Source of the DNA: a candidate division WOR-3 bacterium
GTDB lineage: Bacteria > Hydrothermota > Tepidihabitantia > Tepidihabitantales > Tepidihabitantaceae
Reading direction: 5' to 3'
Length of the DNA: 64,000 nucleotides
NCBI GenBank assembly: GCA_965649225.1
Contig: CBFGJX010000001.1
Location: 134,857-198,856, forward strand
The notes beneath the pieces are model-generated. The model was not told the origin of the DNA. It was given only the letters and a program-made list of their open reading frames with translations, and searched no databases. Position 1 is the first letter of the stretch. Every line of letters begins with the position of its first letter. The translations under genes were made by a program, and so were the position numbers. Shown here in pieces: positions 30,689 to 40,944 of this stretch.

Positions 30689-30931
30689 ATGTCAGATATG
30701 ATTAGCGTCGCTTGGCAGCGCGCGATGCAACAGCTCCAAGAAGAGGGAATCAGCATCGCCGCTGATGAGCAATCGGTGGTCGAAGCGGTGCGGCAGGACT
30801 TCGAAAACCTCGCCGCTCCAATCCAGGACCAGCCTGGTTTCGAAGACGAAGCGCCGAAACTCGCTGCCTGGATGGTGACCTACGCACTGGAAAGAGATCG
30901 AATCGGCCTGACCGACTACGAAAACTTCTAG
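30689..30931 (+). CDS. Hypothetical small acidic protein
   Basis: ORF with GGAGG SD 5 nt upstream of the ATG; no recognisable domain. Confidence 0.3.
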   Translation: MSDMISVAWQRAMQQLQEEGISIAADEQSVVEAVRQDFENLAAPIQDQPGFEDEAPKLAAWMVTYALERDRIGLTDYENF

Positions 30932-31000
30932 TCGACGCTCGGGATCAACGGGAAGGAAGAACAAGCAATTCAGTCAACGCCCTGACTGCTGCCTAGCGTT

Positions 31001-31963
31001 TCAAACAGCCTGTTTTGAAGCGGTTTCGGCCGGTCGCTGCTCGCGTAGCAGCTTCGAGAGCACCCACGTAACAGCCGTAGCCAGAACGAGCCGGGGCACG
31101 GTAATCCAGAACAAATCAGCCCCCATCACAACAAAAATCGCGGTGTCCTCGAAAAGTCCGTGACAGAGTGCCAGGAACGTAGCCACCAGGGTGACCTGTT
31201 TTGATGACAACCCCCCTTCCCGGACCGTTTCGGTTATCACTCCAGCGCCGAACACAATGCCGAATACATTGCCGGCCAGCCACGGCATTCCTGCCTCAGC
31301 GGACAAACCAATAAGCCGGGTCAGCCGGTTGATCCCAGCCAGCAGCTTTGCCAGCAGACCATAGCACCGAAACAACTCCAGGACTGCGAAGATTCCCACC
31401 AGCACCAGCAGCATCTTGATGGCTGTACTCCACAGCCCTGCTCCCCAATTGAGCGCCGCCCGTTCCAGCCCGGGCCAAGTCTGATGGGCGAGCGCTGCCA
31501 GTCGAGCCGCAGCATCAGCTGCGGCACCTGTGGCCTGACCTTTCAAAGTCAGCGCCGCCAGTCCCCAGCCGGCAACAACAGCCACCAAAAGCCGTACGGC
31601 CCACAACAGCCACCATTTGGCCCGAATCTGGAAAAATACCGCAGTTTCAAGCAACTGGGAATGCGACAGCAGGAGCATCAGGCTCAGTACCGTCAACTGC
31701 CCCCGGGGCAGCCCTAGCGCAGTGATGGCACCAAGGCCGGCGTAGAGATTTATAAAATTGCCCAGTATCAGCGCCACCGCCGCCTCACCTGGCAGCCCAA
31801 AGAACCTCATCAATGGAGCGGTGATACGGGCGAGAGCAGCCAAAACAGGTGTGTAACGCAGCAGATGGACGAGCGTATAGACCGGTCCGACAATCAGCAT
31901 CAACTTCAGAAAGGCCCGGACACCACGCCACGACCCGACAGTGATCGTCCGTAAAAGTTTCAT
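31001..31963 (-). CDS. Nucleoside-recognition (Gate) domain membrane protein
   Basis: Polytopic membrane protein with two gate-like repeats (GNFINLYAGLG / GNVFGIVFGAG). Confidence 0.5.
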   Translation of the reverse strand: MKLLRTITVGSWRGVRAFLKLMLIVGPVYTLVHLLRYTPVLAALARITAPLMRFFGLPGEAAVALILGNFINLYAGLGAITALGLPRGQLTVLSLMLLLSHSQLLETAVFFQIRAKWWLLWAVRLLVAVVAGWGLAALTLKGQATGAAADAAARLAALAHQTWPGLERAALNWGAGLWSTAIKMLLVLVGIFAVLELFRCYGLLAKLLAGINRLTRLIGLSAEAGMPWLAGNVFGIVFGAGVITETVREGGLSSKQVTLVATFLALCHGLFEDTAIFVVMGADLFWITVPRLVLATAVTWVLSKLLREQRPAETASKQAV

Positions 31964-32664
31964 CCCTCAAAACGCTCCATAACTGCCCGACCGGAGCGGA
32001 TCACACAGTAGGTATTGTGCCGCAGCCAGTCGCCGACATTGATATACCAGCCACCGTTATGCTCAACCTGTTCCGGCCAATGGGTATGAGCCAGCACCAC
32101 CAGGTCAAAATCACCCTCAAGTTTCGCGCAGGCAAACTCAGCCAGCCGCCGACGCAGCCGCAGGCCGGCGGTTCTCTGCCGGCTCTGCCGTGCCACGAAA
32201 GTAGCAAGACCGATTCCCAAGTCTGGGTGCAGCAGAGAATAAAGCGCCGAATTCAAGGGGTTTCGCATCAGGTTGCGGAACAGCCGTGGCACCGGATTGT
32301 TATCCAGTTCGTCACCGTGACTGGCATAGACCCGCAGACCGTCGATTGTCTGTTCCAGCCGATCGGCAACTGTAACATCCGGCAGCTCCTGTCCGAAAAA
32401 CGAACCAAGCCAGAAATCGTGGTTACCCCGCAGACAGGTCAACCGTGTCCCCGAATCAACCAGACGAGCCAACGCCGACAGCAACCGGAAGCCGGCCCTT
32501 GGTATCACCCGACGATACTCAAACCAGAACTCGAACAGGTCTCCGACGATGCAGAGTGACTGAGCGTTTCCGGCAAGGGAATCGACAAATCGCACCAGCC
32601 GCATTTCGTCGTCGTGCCCGGATGCCCCGATGTGGGTATCAGCTATGAAGTAGTGCCCGTTCAA
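31960..32664 (-). CDS. lpxH: UDP-2,3-diacylglucosamine hydrolase-like metallophosphoesterase
   Basis: YFIADTHIG, GDLFEFW and GNHD motifs of calcineurin-like LpxH. A TTG start gives the canonical N-terminus. Confidence 0.6.
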   Translation of the reverse strand: MNGHYFIADTHIGASGHDDEMRLVRFVDSLAGNAQSLCIVGDLFEFWFEYRRVIPRAGFRLLSALARLVDSGTRLTCLRGNHDFWLGSFFGQELPDVTVADRLEQTIDGLRVYASHGDELDNNPVPRLFRNLMRNPLNSALYSLLHPDLGIGLATFVARQSRQRTAGLRLRRRLAEFACAKLEGDFDLVVLAHTHWPEQVEHNGGWYINVGDWLRHNTYCVIRSGRAVMERFEG

Positions 32665-34279
32665 GCCGTCTGGCAATCCTTGCTGCCGATTCCCGGCTGT
32701 CAACTCTCCATACGTCAGACTCACCAGTCGGCGGCACGAACCGCCGCTTCATCGCCAGATAGACTTCCAGATTGGCATCCGACAGCGACTGCTCGATTTT
32801 CCGCCTGTTCAGCCGACGACGGACAATCCGCTCCGGACACTGCACGAGCAGGAAAATCACCGGCACACCGACCTGCTGGGCCAACCGGCGGGCACGCTCG
32901 CGCGACTCGGGATGCAGAAATGTGGCGTCGAGAATGACACTGTTACCGCTGCTGAGAAAAAGTCCGGCACGCCGAAACATCTCGTCATAGGTCCTTTTCC
33001 CGAGACTGCCCCGGTAGATACCGCGGTTGTAACCTTCCCAGCGCCGTTCGGTTATCGGGATACCGAGCAGCTGCTTGCGGATGGAATCGGAAAGAAGCTG
33101 AAAGGCGCCCAGCCGAACAGCAAGCCGACGAGCCAGATGAGTCTTGCCCGTACCGGGCAGTCCCATCATCACCAGCAGAAACGGCCGCCGTTCGAGTCGC
33201 CGCGCATACTCTGCCGCCAGCCGGAAGTAACGTCGCGCGGCAACAGCCGCCTGTTTCCTCTCGGCAGTCGATAGACTCGTATCGTTGAGGTTGAAGCTTG
33301 TTACCTTGCCTCTGACATAGGCGCGGTAGCACATGTAGAAAGTGAGCAACCGCAGCAGCCCGATATCACGAGTGTAGGCAAGATAACGCTCAACGAAGTA
33401 CCCGGCAAGGTCGTGTCGCCCAGCATAATCAAGGTCCATAACCAGAAAGGCGACTTCCGCTGCCACGTCTGAACAGGAAAACCGGGGATTAAACTCAATG
33501 CAGTCAAAGATATGTACGCCGCCGTTGACAAATATGTTTCTGGAATGGAGGTCGCCGTGACAGCGCCGAACATAACCGGCTTCCCGGCGATAACGGAAAC
33601 GACCGCGGTTATCGGCAATGAAGCTGACGACCGCCCGCCGGATTTCGTCGAATGCCCGGTGGCTGATGGTCCGGCCCCGGAAGTCCAGCGTCTGGGCGAA
33701 GTTCTCATCCCAGTTCAGCCTGATTACCTCGGAACTGCCGTACTGGGCCACCTGAGCACCGCGCTCGGCACACCGATGGAATCCGGCGACAATCCGGGCG
33801 ATCTCATCGATGTGGCCAAACGACACTGCCCCGCGCCGCAACTGCTCAGTCATCAGCCAGTGCTGAGGCAATTCGCGCATCTTCAGCGCATAATCGACCG
33901 TCCTGCCCGGCTTGCCGATTGCCAGACTGCCCGCCCGGTCAGTTATCTCTTCCACTCCGATGTAGATATCGGGCGACAGCTTCCGATTCAGTCGGAATTC
34001 CTCGTGACAGAAGAAGCGCCGGGCATCAAGCGTCGTGTAATCAAGAAAACCGAAGTTGACCGGCTTCTTCACCTTATAGGCATACTCGCCGGTAAGGAAG
34101 ACCCATGAAGTGTGGGTTTGAATCAGTCTGACCTTTTTGACTGCTGGCCCATAGAGTCGAGGATTGAGCATCTCGCTGACCCGGTTGCCAAGCGACGACT
34201 CCAGCCTGTCGCGCCGTCGACGGCGTCCGGTCACTGACTCAGACGATACCTGCCGCGGCCCGCCAGTTGAACCTGTCAA
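32639..34279 (-). CDS. Bifunctional aminoglycoside-phosphotransferase-like kinase domain / P-loop ATP-binding (AAA_33-like) protein
   Basis: N-terminal APH/protein-kinase-like fold (HGDLHSRNIF). C-terminal Walker A GLPGTGKTHLARRL. Start uncertain. Confidence 0.6.
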   Translation of the reverse strand: MTGSTGGPRQVSSESVTGRRRRRDRLESSLGNRVSEMLNPRLYGPAVKKVRLIQTHTSWVFLTGEYAYKVKKPVNFGFLDYTTLDARRFFCHEEFRLNRKLSPDIYIGVEEITDRAGSLAIGKPGRTVDYALKMRELPQHWLMTEQLRRGAVSFGHIDEIARIVAGFHRCAERGAQVAQYGSSEVIRLNWDENFAQTLDFRGRTISHRAFDEIRRAVVSFIADNRGRFRYRREAGYVRRCHGDLHSRNIFVNGGVHIFDCIEFNPRFSCSDVAAEVAFLVMDLDYAGRHDLAGYFVERYLAYTRDIGLLRLLTFYMCYRAYVRGKVTSFNLNDTSLSTAERKQAAVAARRYFRLAAEYARRLERRPFLLVMMGLPGTGKTHLARRLAVRLGAFQLLSDSIRKQLLGIPITERRWEGYNRGIYRGSLGKRTYDEMFRRAGLFLSSGNSVILDATFLHPESRERARRLAQQVGVPVIFLLVQCPERIVRRRLNRRKIEQSLSDANLEVYLAMKRRFVPPTGESDVWRVDSRESAARIARRLERALLHS

Positions 34280-34839
34280 GTGTTCGGCAGTTCAGTCGCG
34301 CCGGCGCCAAGCAAGCGTTCGGCCAGCTCCCAGCCCAGTGCCAGCGCTTTGCGGTTCAGCTCCAGCGTCTGCGCCGGGGCACGATTCGCCAGCGCCGCCG
34401 CCAGCGAATCAAGTTTGACCAGCCGGCTCACCCGGGCCAGAGCACCCAATGTCACGATATTGGTGAACAATTCGCGCCCCAGTTCCAGCCGAGCGGTCTC
34501 GGCCAGCGGCAGTCGAAGCGCATCCGGCCGCGGTACATTCTGGACATGGAAGCTGTCAACAATTGCGGTGCCCCGCACTTTCAGGTCAGCGAAGTACCTG
34601 TCCGCCGCCTGCTGGCTCAAGCAAACCAGCACGTCCAGCCGACGGCTCTTTGGATAGAGTATCGGTTTGTCGGAGATTATGACATCGGCCCGGGAGGCAC
34701 CGCCTCTTGCCTCGGGTCCGTAACTCTGGGTCTGAACGACGAAGCGACCCTCATAGACCCCGGCCGCTTCGGCAAGAATCACACTGGCCAGTATCACGCC
34801 CTGGCCACCGGTTCCGGCAATTCTCGTCTCAACCGTCAC
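34276..34839 (-). CDS. 2-oxoacid:ferredoxin oxidoreductase gamma subunit
   Basis: GTGGQGV...ETQSYGPEARGG motif. Confidence 0.8.
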   Translation of the reverse strand: MTVETRIAGTGGQGVILASVILAEAAGVYEGRFVVQTQSYGPEARGGASRADVIISDKPILYPKSRRLDVLVCLSQQAADRYFADLKVRGTAIVDSFHVQNVPRPDALRLPLAETARLELGRELFTNIVTLGALARVSRLVKLDSLAAALANRAPAQTLELNRKALALGWELAERLLGAGATELPNT

Positions 34840-35692
34840 TCCGCTTTCCTTTCGCGCGGTCGCGGGCTCCCTGGTACAGCTCGGAGTATGGGGGAACTTC
34901 CTGACGGTCGTGCAGCACCCCGATTACCAGCCGGTCTGAAACCGCCCACGGGTCCGCTACCTTGCTGACATCAACCGACCGGTCACGAATCCATTCCAGC
35001 ATCTTGACAGCGTCGCCCAGACGCTGGTATCGACCGTAGAGCGTCGGGCACTGAGAAATTATCTCGACAACGCTGAACCCCCGCTTGCTCAATGCCAGCC
35101 GTGCCATCTGCCGCAGATGCATCACATGGTAGGTGGTACTGCGGGCAACAAACATCGCGCCGGTTGCCCGGGCAAGAAAACAGGTGTCAAAATCGCGTTC
35201 GACGTTACCGTAGGGTGCGGTTGCCGCCCGTTCGTTGGTCGGTGTCGTCGGCGAATACTGTCCACCGGTCATGCCGTAGGTGAAGTTGTTCAAAACAAAT
35301 ACCGTCAGGTCGATATTGCGTCGGGCGGCGTGAATGAAATGGTTGCCGCCGATCGCCAGCATGTCGCCATCACCACCGAATACAACCACCTTCATCCAGG
35401 GTTTGGCCAGCAACACGCCGGTTGCAGCCGGCAGCGCCCGGCCATGAAGGGTATGAAAAGTGTCGCAATCGAGATAGCCCGACACCCGGGACGAACAACC
35501 AATCCCCGAAACCACGCAGAGGTCGTCCTGTTTGATGCCAATATCCTGAATCGCCCGAACAACCGTATTCATCGCCGTACCAATACCGCAGCCCGGACAA
35601 AGAATGTGCGGCAGTCGTTCATCAACGCGATAAAAGTCAAGCAACGGGCTCACCAGCCCCGGAGCGCTGACACGCGGATCTTCCCCTGTCAC
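34829..35692 (-). CDS. 2-oxoacid:ferredoxin oxidoreductase beta subunit (TPP-binding)
   Basis: CPGCG...GIGCSS...GGDGD TPP motif. Confidence 0.85.
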   Translation of the reverse strand: MTGEDPRVSAPGLVSPLLDFYRVDERLPHILCPGCGIGTAMNTVVRAIQDIGIKQDDLCVVSGIGCSSRVSGYLDCDTFHTLHGRALPAATGVLLAKPWMKVVVFGGDGDMLAIGGNHFIHAARRNIDLTVFVLNNFTYGMTGGQYSPTTPTNERAATAPYGNVERDFDTCFLARATGAMFVARSTTYHVMHLRQMARLALSKRGFSVVEIISQCPTLYGRYQRLGDAVKMLEWIRDRSVDVSKVADPWAVSDRLVIGVLHDRQEVPPYSELYQGARDRAKGKRSDG

Positions 35693-36795
35693 AAAACCTC
35701 CACGATTTCTTCCGGGGTCAACATCTCGCCGTCGTAGCGCAGCACCGATACGACCGGTACATCCGGGCTGACACTTCGTTCAATTGTCCGCCGCAGCTGC
35801 CCCTGGTTCATCTCCGGCACGACGACGCGCCGGGCACTCCGCAGGTAGGACTTCATCCGTTCGGTCGGAAAAGGCCAGACCATCCTTACCCGCAGTATCC
35901 CGACCCGGCGACCGGTCCGGTGCTCGAAGTAACGTTTGGCTTCGAGCGCCGAACGGGCGGCGCTGCCGTAGCAAACGATAATGGTCTCCGCACCAAGGTC
36001 CTCGTAAGTGACATCCCACAGCCAGGAACGATTGTCATCAATCTTGCGCCGCAGACGGTCGAGATTCCAGCGAATGATTTCAGGGTCGTCGGTCGGGAAG
36101 CCGTCTTTGCGATGGGTCAGGCCGGTCAGATGGATCCGGTAGCCTTCACCGAAACTGGCAATCCGGGCATCATAGTTGTTGCTGTCGTCGTAGTGAAAAT
36201 ACTCGTCCGCCGGCGGTTTCGGGCTGGTCGGTTGCCAGAGCTCGACCGTCGCCGGCAACTCTACCGCCTCACGCATGTGACCAACGATTTCGTCCATCAG
36301 CACAATCACCGGTATCCGCAGTCGCTCGGACAGATTCACCGCCTCAACGGTCAGGTCGAAGCACTCGCGCACGCTCCAGGGACACAGTGCGACAATCGGA
36401 TGGTCGCCGTGGGTACCGTGTCTGGCCTGCATCACATCGCCCTGGGCGGTCCGCGTTGGGGTACCGGTCGCCGGACCGCCCCGCATGACATTGACAACAA
36501 CGCAGGGCAGTTCGGCCATGATTGAGTAGCCGATGCCTTCCTGCATCAGCGAAAAACCCGGCCCTGATGTCGCGGTCATTGCCTTCAATCCGGCTGCCGT
36601 CGCCCCGTTCATGCAGCAGATCGAAGCGATCTCGTCCTCCATCTGAATGAACGTCCCCCCGACCCGGGGCAGCTCGCGCGCCAGATACTCGGCAATTTCG
36701 GTCGAGGGAGTAATCGGGTAGCCGGCAAAGAAACGGACACCGGCTCGCAACGCGCCGATCGCACAGGCCTCGTTTCCAGAAAGCAGCTCAACCAC
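35689..36795 (-). CDS. 2-oxoacid:ferredoxin oxidoreductase alpha subunit
   Basis: LSGNEACAIGAL...GYPITPSTEI. GTG start chosen just upstream of the delta-subunit stop. Confidence 0.85.
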   Translation of the reverse strand: MVELLSGNEACAIGALRAGVRFFAGYPITPSTEIAEYLARELPRVGGTFIQMEDEIASICCMNGATAAGLKAMTATSGPGFSLMQEGIGYSIMAELPCVVVNVMRGGPATGTPTRTAQGDVMQARHGTHGDHPIVALCPWSVRECFDLTVEAVNLSERLRIPVIVLMDEIVGHMREAVELPATVELWQPTSPKPPADEYFHYDDSNNYDARIASFGEGYRIHLTGLTHRKDGFPTDDPEIIRWNLDRLRRKIDDNRSWLWDVTYEDLGAETIIVCYGSAARSALEAKRYFEHRTGRRVGILRVRMVWPFPTERMKSYLRSARRVVVPEMNQGQLRRTIERSVSPDVPVVSVLRYDGEMLTPEEIVEVL

Positions 36796-37063
36796 CGTCG
36801 GCCTCCCGCGGTTGGGAATCCTTGCGCGACTGCCGCTGGACAAAAACCGCCGCATCCGGACAGCGCAGCTCACACATCCGGCAGCCGACGCAACGCTCCG
36901 GATGGGCAACCGTCACCTTATAGCGGTCATCCAGTGCCAGGGTTTGAGTCGGACAAAACGCAACACAGATTGAGCAGCCCTTGCAGAATCGTCGCAGGAT
37001 CGTAAACCGGTGACCTTTGGGGGTAACCAGGTCTACCGGCTTTTCGAGCAGAAACTTCTTCAC
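36788..37063 (-). CDS. 2-oxoacid:ferredoxin oxidoreductase delta subunit (2x[4Fe-4S] ferredoxin)
   Basis: CKGCSICVAFCP and CVGCRMCELRCP motifs. Confidence 0.8.
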   Translation of the reverse strand: MKKFLLEKPVDLVTPKGHRFTILRRFCKGCSICVAFCPTQTLALDDRYKVTVAHPERCVGCRMCELRCPDAAVFVQRQSRKDSQPREADGG

Positions 37064-37195
37064 TTAATACTCCGGCATCGCTGGCTGAGCGAAGACAGCC
37101 AGCCGAAGCGCTCGCAACTTGCCATCCGTCATCGCTACCACTGCCCGCCTCCGGTCAAACAAGGCACGGGCAGGCAGCAATGGACACTTCTGCCA

Positions 37196-38689
37196 TCAGT
37201 AATCCGCGTTGTCAATCTGAGCCTTCTGCAAGGCACCGGAATAGTCAATATAGACCGTCTTGGGCTCCGAGAAAATCTCATAAGCCGTCCAGCCACCTTC
37301 GCGATGACCATTGCCGGTGTCCTTCACGCCACCGAAAGGCAGGTGGCACTCCGCCCCGATCGTCGGCGCATTGACATAGGTGATACCGGCTTCGATCAAC
37401 TCGATTGCCTTCATTGCCAGATTGACATCACGGGTATAAATTGAAGACGACAGCCCGTAGCGCGTGTCGTTGAGGACGCGCACCGCCTCGTCAAAGTCCT
37501 TAACCTTGATTACCGACAACACCGGCCCGAAGATCTCCTCCTTGGCAATCCGCATTGCCGGGGTCACGCCAACGAAGATCGTCGGCTGGTAGAAGAAACC
37601 GCGGGCAAAAGCCTCGCCCCGCTTCGGCCCGCCGCCACAAGCCAGTCGGGCTCCTTCCGACTTGCCGATTTCGACATAACCGTGGACGCTCTGCCGCTGT
37701 GCCTCACTGACGCAGGGGCCCATCTCAATCCGTTCGTCCAAGCCGTTACCGACTCGAATCCGCTTCGCCCTTGCCACAAGCATTTCAACGAACCGGTCGT
37801 GAATACCCGCCTGCAGTATCAGTCGGGACGTGGCGGTGCAGCGCTGGCCGGTCGTCCCGAAGGCTCCCCAGATAACACCTTCCAGTGCCAGTTCGAGATC
37901 GGCATCATCAAGCACAATCTGGGCATTCTTGCCACCCAGCTCCAGCGAACACCGTTTCAGATTGCGACCGGTAACCTCGGCGATGTGACGGCCAACCTCG
38001 GAAGAGCCGGTGAAAGATATGCCACAGACATCGGGATGATCAAGCAGCGCTTCACCGACCGCACTGCCCGTACCATAGACCACATTCACAACGCCGTCTG
38101 GCACGCCGGCCTCGGCCAGTGCGGCAACAAACTCGTGTACCGATGCCGGCGTCAGTGTTGCCGGCTTGATTACGGCGGTATTGCCGCAGACCAGTGCCGG
38201 AAACAGCTTCCAGGACGGAATCGCCATCGGGAAATTCCACGGGCAGATCATGCCCCAGACACCCATCGGCTGACGGCTGACCCAGGCATATTTGTTGGGC
38301 AGTTCACTGGGCACAACCTTGCCCCAGAGCCGGCGACTTTCCCCGGCGGCATAGAGGCCGGTATCAATTGCCTCCTGGACATCGCCTCGGGTCTCTTTGA
38401 GCACCTTGCCCATTTCCCGGGTCATCAACCGGGCACAGGCCTCCTTTCGACTGATCAGAATCTCGGTGGCGCGGCGCATTATCTCGCCCCGGGCCGGTGC
38501 CGGCATCGCCCGCCATTTCGGATACGCTTTCTTTGCCGCCGCCACTGCCGCCGCGACGTCATCCGGTCCGGAGGCCGGGAATACCCCGATCAAATCCGAT
38601 GTATCGGCCGGGTTGCGGTTTTCGTAGGTCTTGCCCGACTTTGCCGGCAGATACTTGCCGTTGATGAAATTGTAGTAACGCTTGGCCAT
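37196..38689 (-). CDS. NAD(P)-dependent aldehyde dehydrogenase
   Basis: ALDH family: FTGSSEVG...ELGGKN, catalytic Cys in GQRCTA. Confidence 0.85.
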   Translation of the reverse strand: MAKRYYNFINGKYLPAKSGKTYENRNPADTSDLIGVFPASGPDDVAAAVAAAKKAYPKWRAMPAPARGEIMRRATEILISRKEACARLMTREMGKVLKETRGDVQEAIDTGLYAAGESRRLWGKVVPSELPNKYAWVSRQPMGVWGMICPWNFPMAIPSWKLFPALVCGNTAVIKPATLTPASVHEFVAALAEAGVPDGVVNVVYGTGSAVGEALLDHPDVCGISFTGSSEVGRHIAEVTGRNLKRCSLELGGKNAQIVLDDADLELALEGVIWGAFGTTGQRCTATSRLILQAGIHDRFVEMLVARAKRIRVGNGLDERIEMGPCVSEAQRQSVHGYVEIGKSEGARLACGGGPKRGEAFARGFFYQPTIFVGVTPAMRIAKEEIFGPVLSVIKVKDFDEAVRVLNDTRYGLSSSIYTRDVNLAMKAIELIEAGITYVNAPTIGAECHLPFGGVKDTGNGHREGGWTAYEIFSEPKTVYIDYSGALQKAQIDNADY

Positions 38690-38702
38690 CAATCCTCCTG
38701 CA

Positions 38703-39158
38703 TCACAATTTGCTCTTCTGCCGCCCGCCGACAACAAGTTCAACCGCCGCGGCCGGCGACAACACCTTTTCGACACCCTCGATCGCCCAGGTTTCCAGGC
38801 CGGCCACCCGCCGCCCTGCCTTCAATGCGAAACCGATTTCCGACAAAGTTCCATACGACCCACCCACCGCCACCAGCGCGTCGGCGGTTTTGATAATCAC
38901 CAGATTACGCGCCTCACCGAGACCGGTGGCAACTGCGATACTGACCCAGGGATTGGCTTCACCCCGATCCGACCCGGGCAGGATGCCGACGGTGAGACCA
39001 CCGGCGGCCTGCGCACCGCGGCACGCTGCCGCCATCACCCCGCCACCACCGCCACAGACCAGCACGGCGCCGGCTTCGGCCAGCCGGCGACCGACTTCCT
39101 CGGCCAAAGCTGCCAGCCGCTCATCACACTCACCGGCTCCAATGACTCCAATGTACAT
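38703..39158 (-). CDS. LOG-family / TIGR00725 Rossmann-fold nucleotide-binding protein
   Basis: MYIGVIGAGECDE...VCGGGGGVMAAA...GILP. Confidence 0.7.
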   Translation of the reverse strand: MYIGVIGAGECDERLAALAEEVGRRLAEAGAVLVCGGGGGVMAAACRGAQAAGGLTVGILPGSDRGEANPWVSIAVATGLGEARNLVIIKTADALVAVGGSYGTLSEIGFALKAGRRVAGLETWAIEGVEKVLSPAAAVELVVGGRQKSKL

Positions 39159-39162
39159 CCGG

Positions 39163-40944
39163 CTACCCGTCGACAAACAACGATACCGTCTTGAAACTCT
39201 GCACATCAACCAGCCCGTGGTCGGTGAGCTTCAGCGCCGGAATCACCGGCAGGGCCAGAAACGACAGCGTGATGAATGGATTGTGAACCCGGCAGCCCCA
39301 GACGCGAACCTTGGCCAGCAGCCGCGTCAGTTCATCAACCACCTGTGGCGCCGGCTGGTCGGACATCAACCCGGCCACAGGCAACGCCAGGCTTGCTGCA
39401 ATCTCACCGTCGGCAACCGCAACAAAACCACCGCCCATCTTCACCAGTGCACGCGCCGCCTTCAGCATGTCGCCGTCGTTGGTACCAACGATAATCAGAT
39501 TGTGCGAATCATGCGCGACACTGGTTCCCAGCGCTCCCTTTTTCAGTCCGAAACCCGAAACCAGTCCGAGGCCGATTCGTCCGCTTCGCCGGTGCCGTTC
39601 CACCACCGCCAGTTTGAGCAGGTCACGCTCCGGATCGGCCTGAACAAAACCCCGTTCGATCCTGGGCTGAACGGTAACCGACTCGGTGATAATTTGTTCC
39701 GGTACGAGTCGAATCGCCCGACAGAGCTGTCCGCGTGCCGGTATCGCAAAACTCCTGGCCGTCAAAGGTCTGATTTTGACCGTACCGGTCACCCCGCGCC
39801 CCCTGACCATCGGGATGTTGACCAACACTTTGCGCTCACGCGCAACCAGTCGTCCGTCCTTGAAAACCATTCTGACGTCGAACCGAGGGAGGTCACCGAT
39901 AACGGTCAGGTCGGCGCGTCTCCCCGGCGCCACTGCACCCCGGTCGTTCAGCCCGAAGTAGCACGCCGGATTGATGGTGGCAAGCTGGATTGCCGCCGCC
40001 GGCTGCATTCCCATCGCCTCAGCCTTGCGCAGCACGGCATCAATGTGACCGTAACGCAGCAGCTCTTCAGGGTGTTTGTCGTCGCTGACGAACATGCAGC
40101 GGTGGCGATTGAAGTCATTCACTGCCGGCAACAGCGCGGTGAGGTTTTTGGCTGCCGACCCCTCGCGCACCATCAACCACATTCCGGCGCGCAGTTTCTC
40201 GGTCGCCTCCTGAGGTCCGACCGACTCGTGGTCCGAACCAATCCCGGCCGCAGCATAAGCCTGGAGCAATTGTCCAACCACGCCCGGGGCATGGCCATCA
40301 ACCACCCTCCGCCGCGCCCGTGCCGCGGCAATCTTCGCCAGAACTTCACGGTCCCCGAAAACCACGCCGGGATAGTTCATCACCTCAGCCAGCCCGATGA
40401 CACGCTCTGAACGCAGCAATGCTTTCACCTCAGCCACACCGAGCCTGGCGCCGGCAGTTTCAAGTCCGGTCGCCGGCACACACGACGGTGCCAGGAAAAA
40501 GAAATCGAGCGGCAGGCCGGCCGTCTGCTCAATCAACCAGCGGACGCCGGCAACCCCCAGGACATTGGCGATTTCGTGCGGGTCACAAACAACCGTGGTC
40601 GTCCCGTGACCGAGTGCGAGCCGGCAAAACTCGCCCGGAGCGAGCAGCGAACTCTCAATGTGGATATGACCATCGATAAAGCCCGGGGCGATGTACATAC
40701 CGGCAACTTCGACCCGCTCGGCCGCCTTGGTGTACTCGCGGCCGACTCCGGCGATAAATTCGTCGCAAACGGCAACATCGGCCCGGACGACTTCGCCGGT
40801 AAAAACGTTGACAACCTCGCCGCCCGCAAGCAGCAGGTCGGCCGGTGCGTCGCCCCGCGCAACCGACAAAAGCCGGGAAAAACTCGGCGCGTTCTTTTGC
40901 CGCGGCTGCGCCGTCACCGCCCTAGTCTTCTGTCGGCTCGACAT
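39163..40944 (-). CDS. ade: Adenine deaminase
   Basis: APGFIDGHIHIESS...HE.. amidohydrolase motifs with an Ade-like C-terminal domain. Start uncertain. Confidence 0.8.
   Translation of the reverse strand: MSSRQKTRAVTAQPRQKNAPSFSRLLSVARGDAPADLLLAGGEVVNVFTGEVVRADVAVCDEFIAGVGREYTKAAERVEVAGMYIAPGFIDGHIHIESSLLAPGEFCRLALGHGTTTVVCDPHEIANVLGVAGVRWLIEQTAGLPLDFFFLAPSCVPATGLETAGARLGVAEVKALLRSERVIGLAEVMNYPGVVFGDREVLAKIAAARARRRVVDGHAPGVVGQLLQAYAAAGIGSDHESVGPQEATEKLRAGMWLMVREGSAAKNLTALLPAVNDFNRHRCMFVSDDKHPEELLRYGHIDAVLRKAEAMGMQPAAAIQLATINPACYFGLNDRGAVAPGRRADLTVIGDLPRFDVRMVFKDGRLVARERKVLVNIPMVRGRGVTGTVKIRPLTARSFAIPARGQLCRAIRLVPEQIITESVTVQPRIERGFVQADPERDLLKLAVVERHRRSGRIGLGLVSGFGLKKGALGTSVAHDSHNLIIVGTNDGDMLKAARALVKMGGGFVAVADGEIAASLALPVAGLMSDQPAPQVVDELTRLLAKVRVWGCRVHNPFITLSFLALPVIPALKLTDHGLVDVQSFKTVSLFVDG

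Noticed and set aside
38710-40410. 566-aa + strand ORF antisense to LOG and ade
   Set aside because: It is opposite to clear ade/LOG homologs and is an Arg/Pro-rich artefact.
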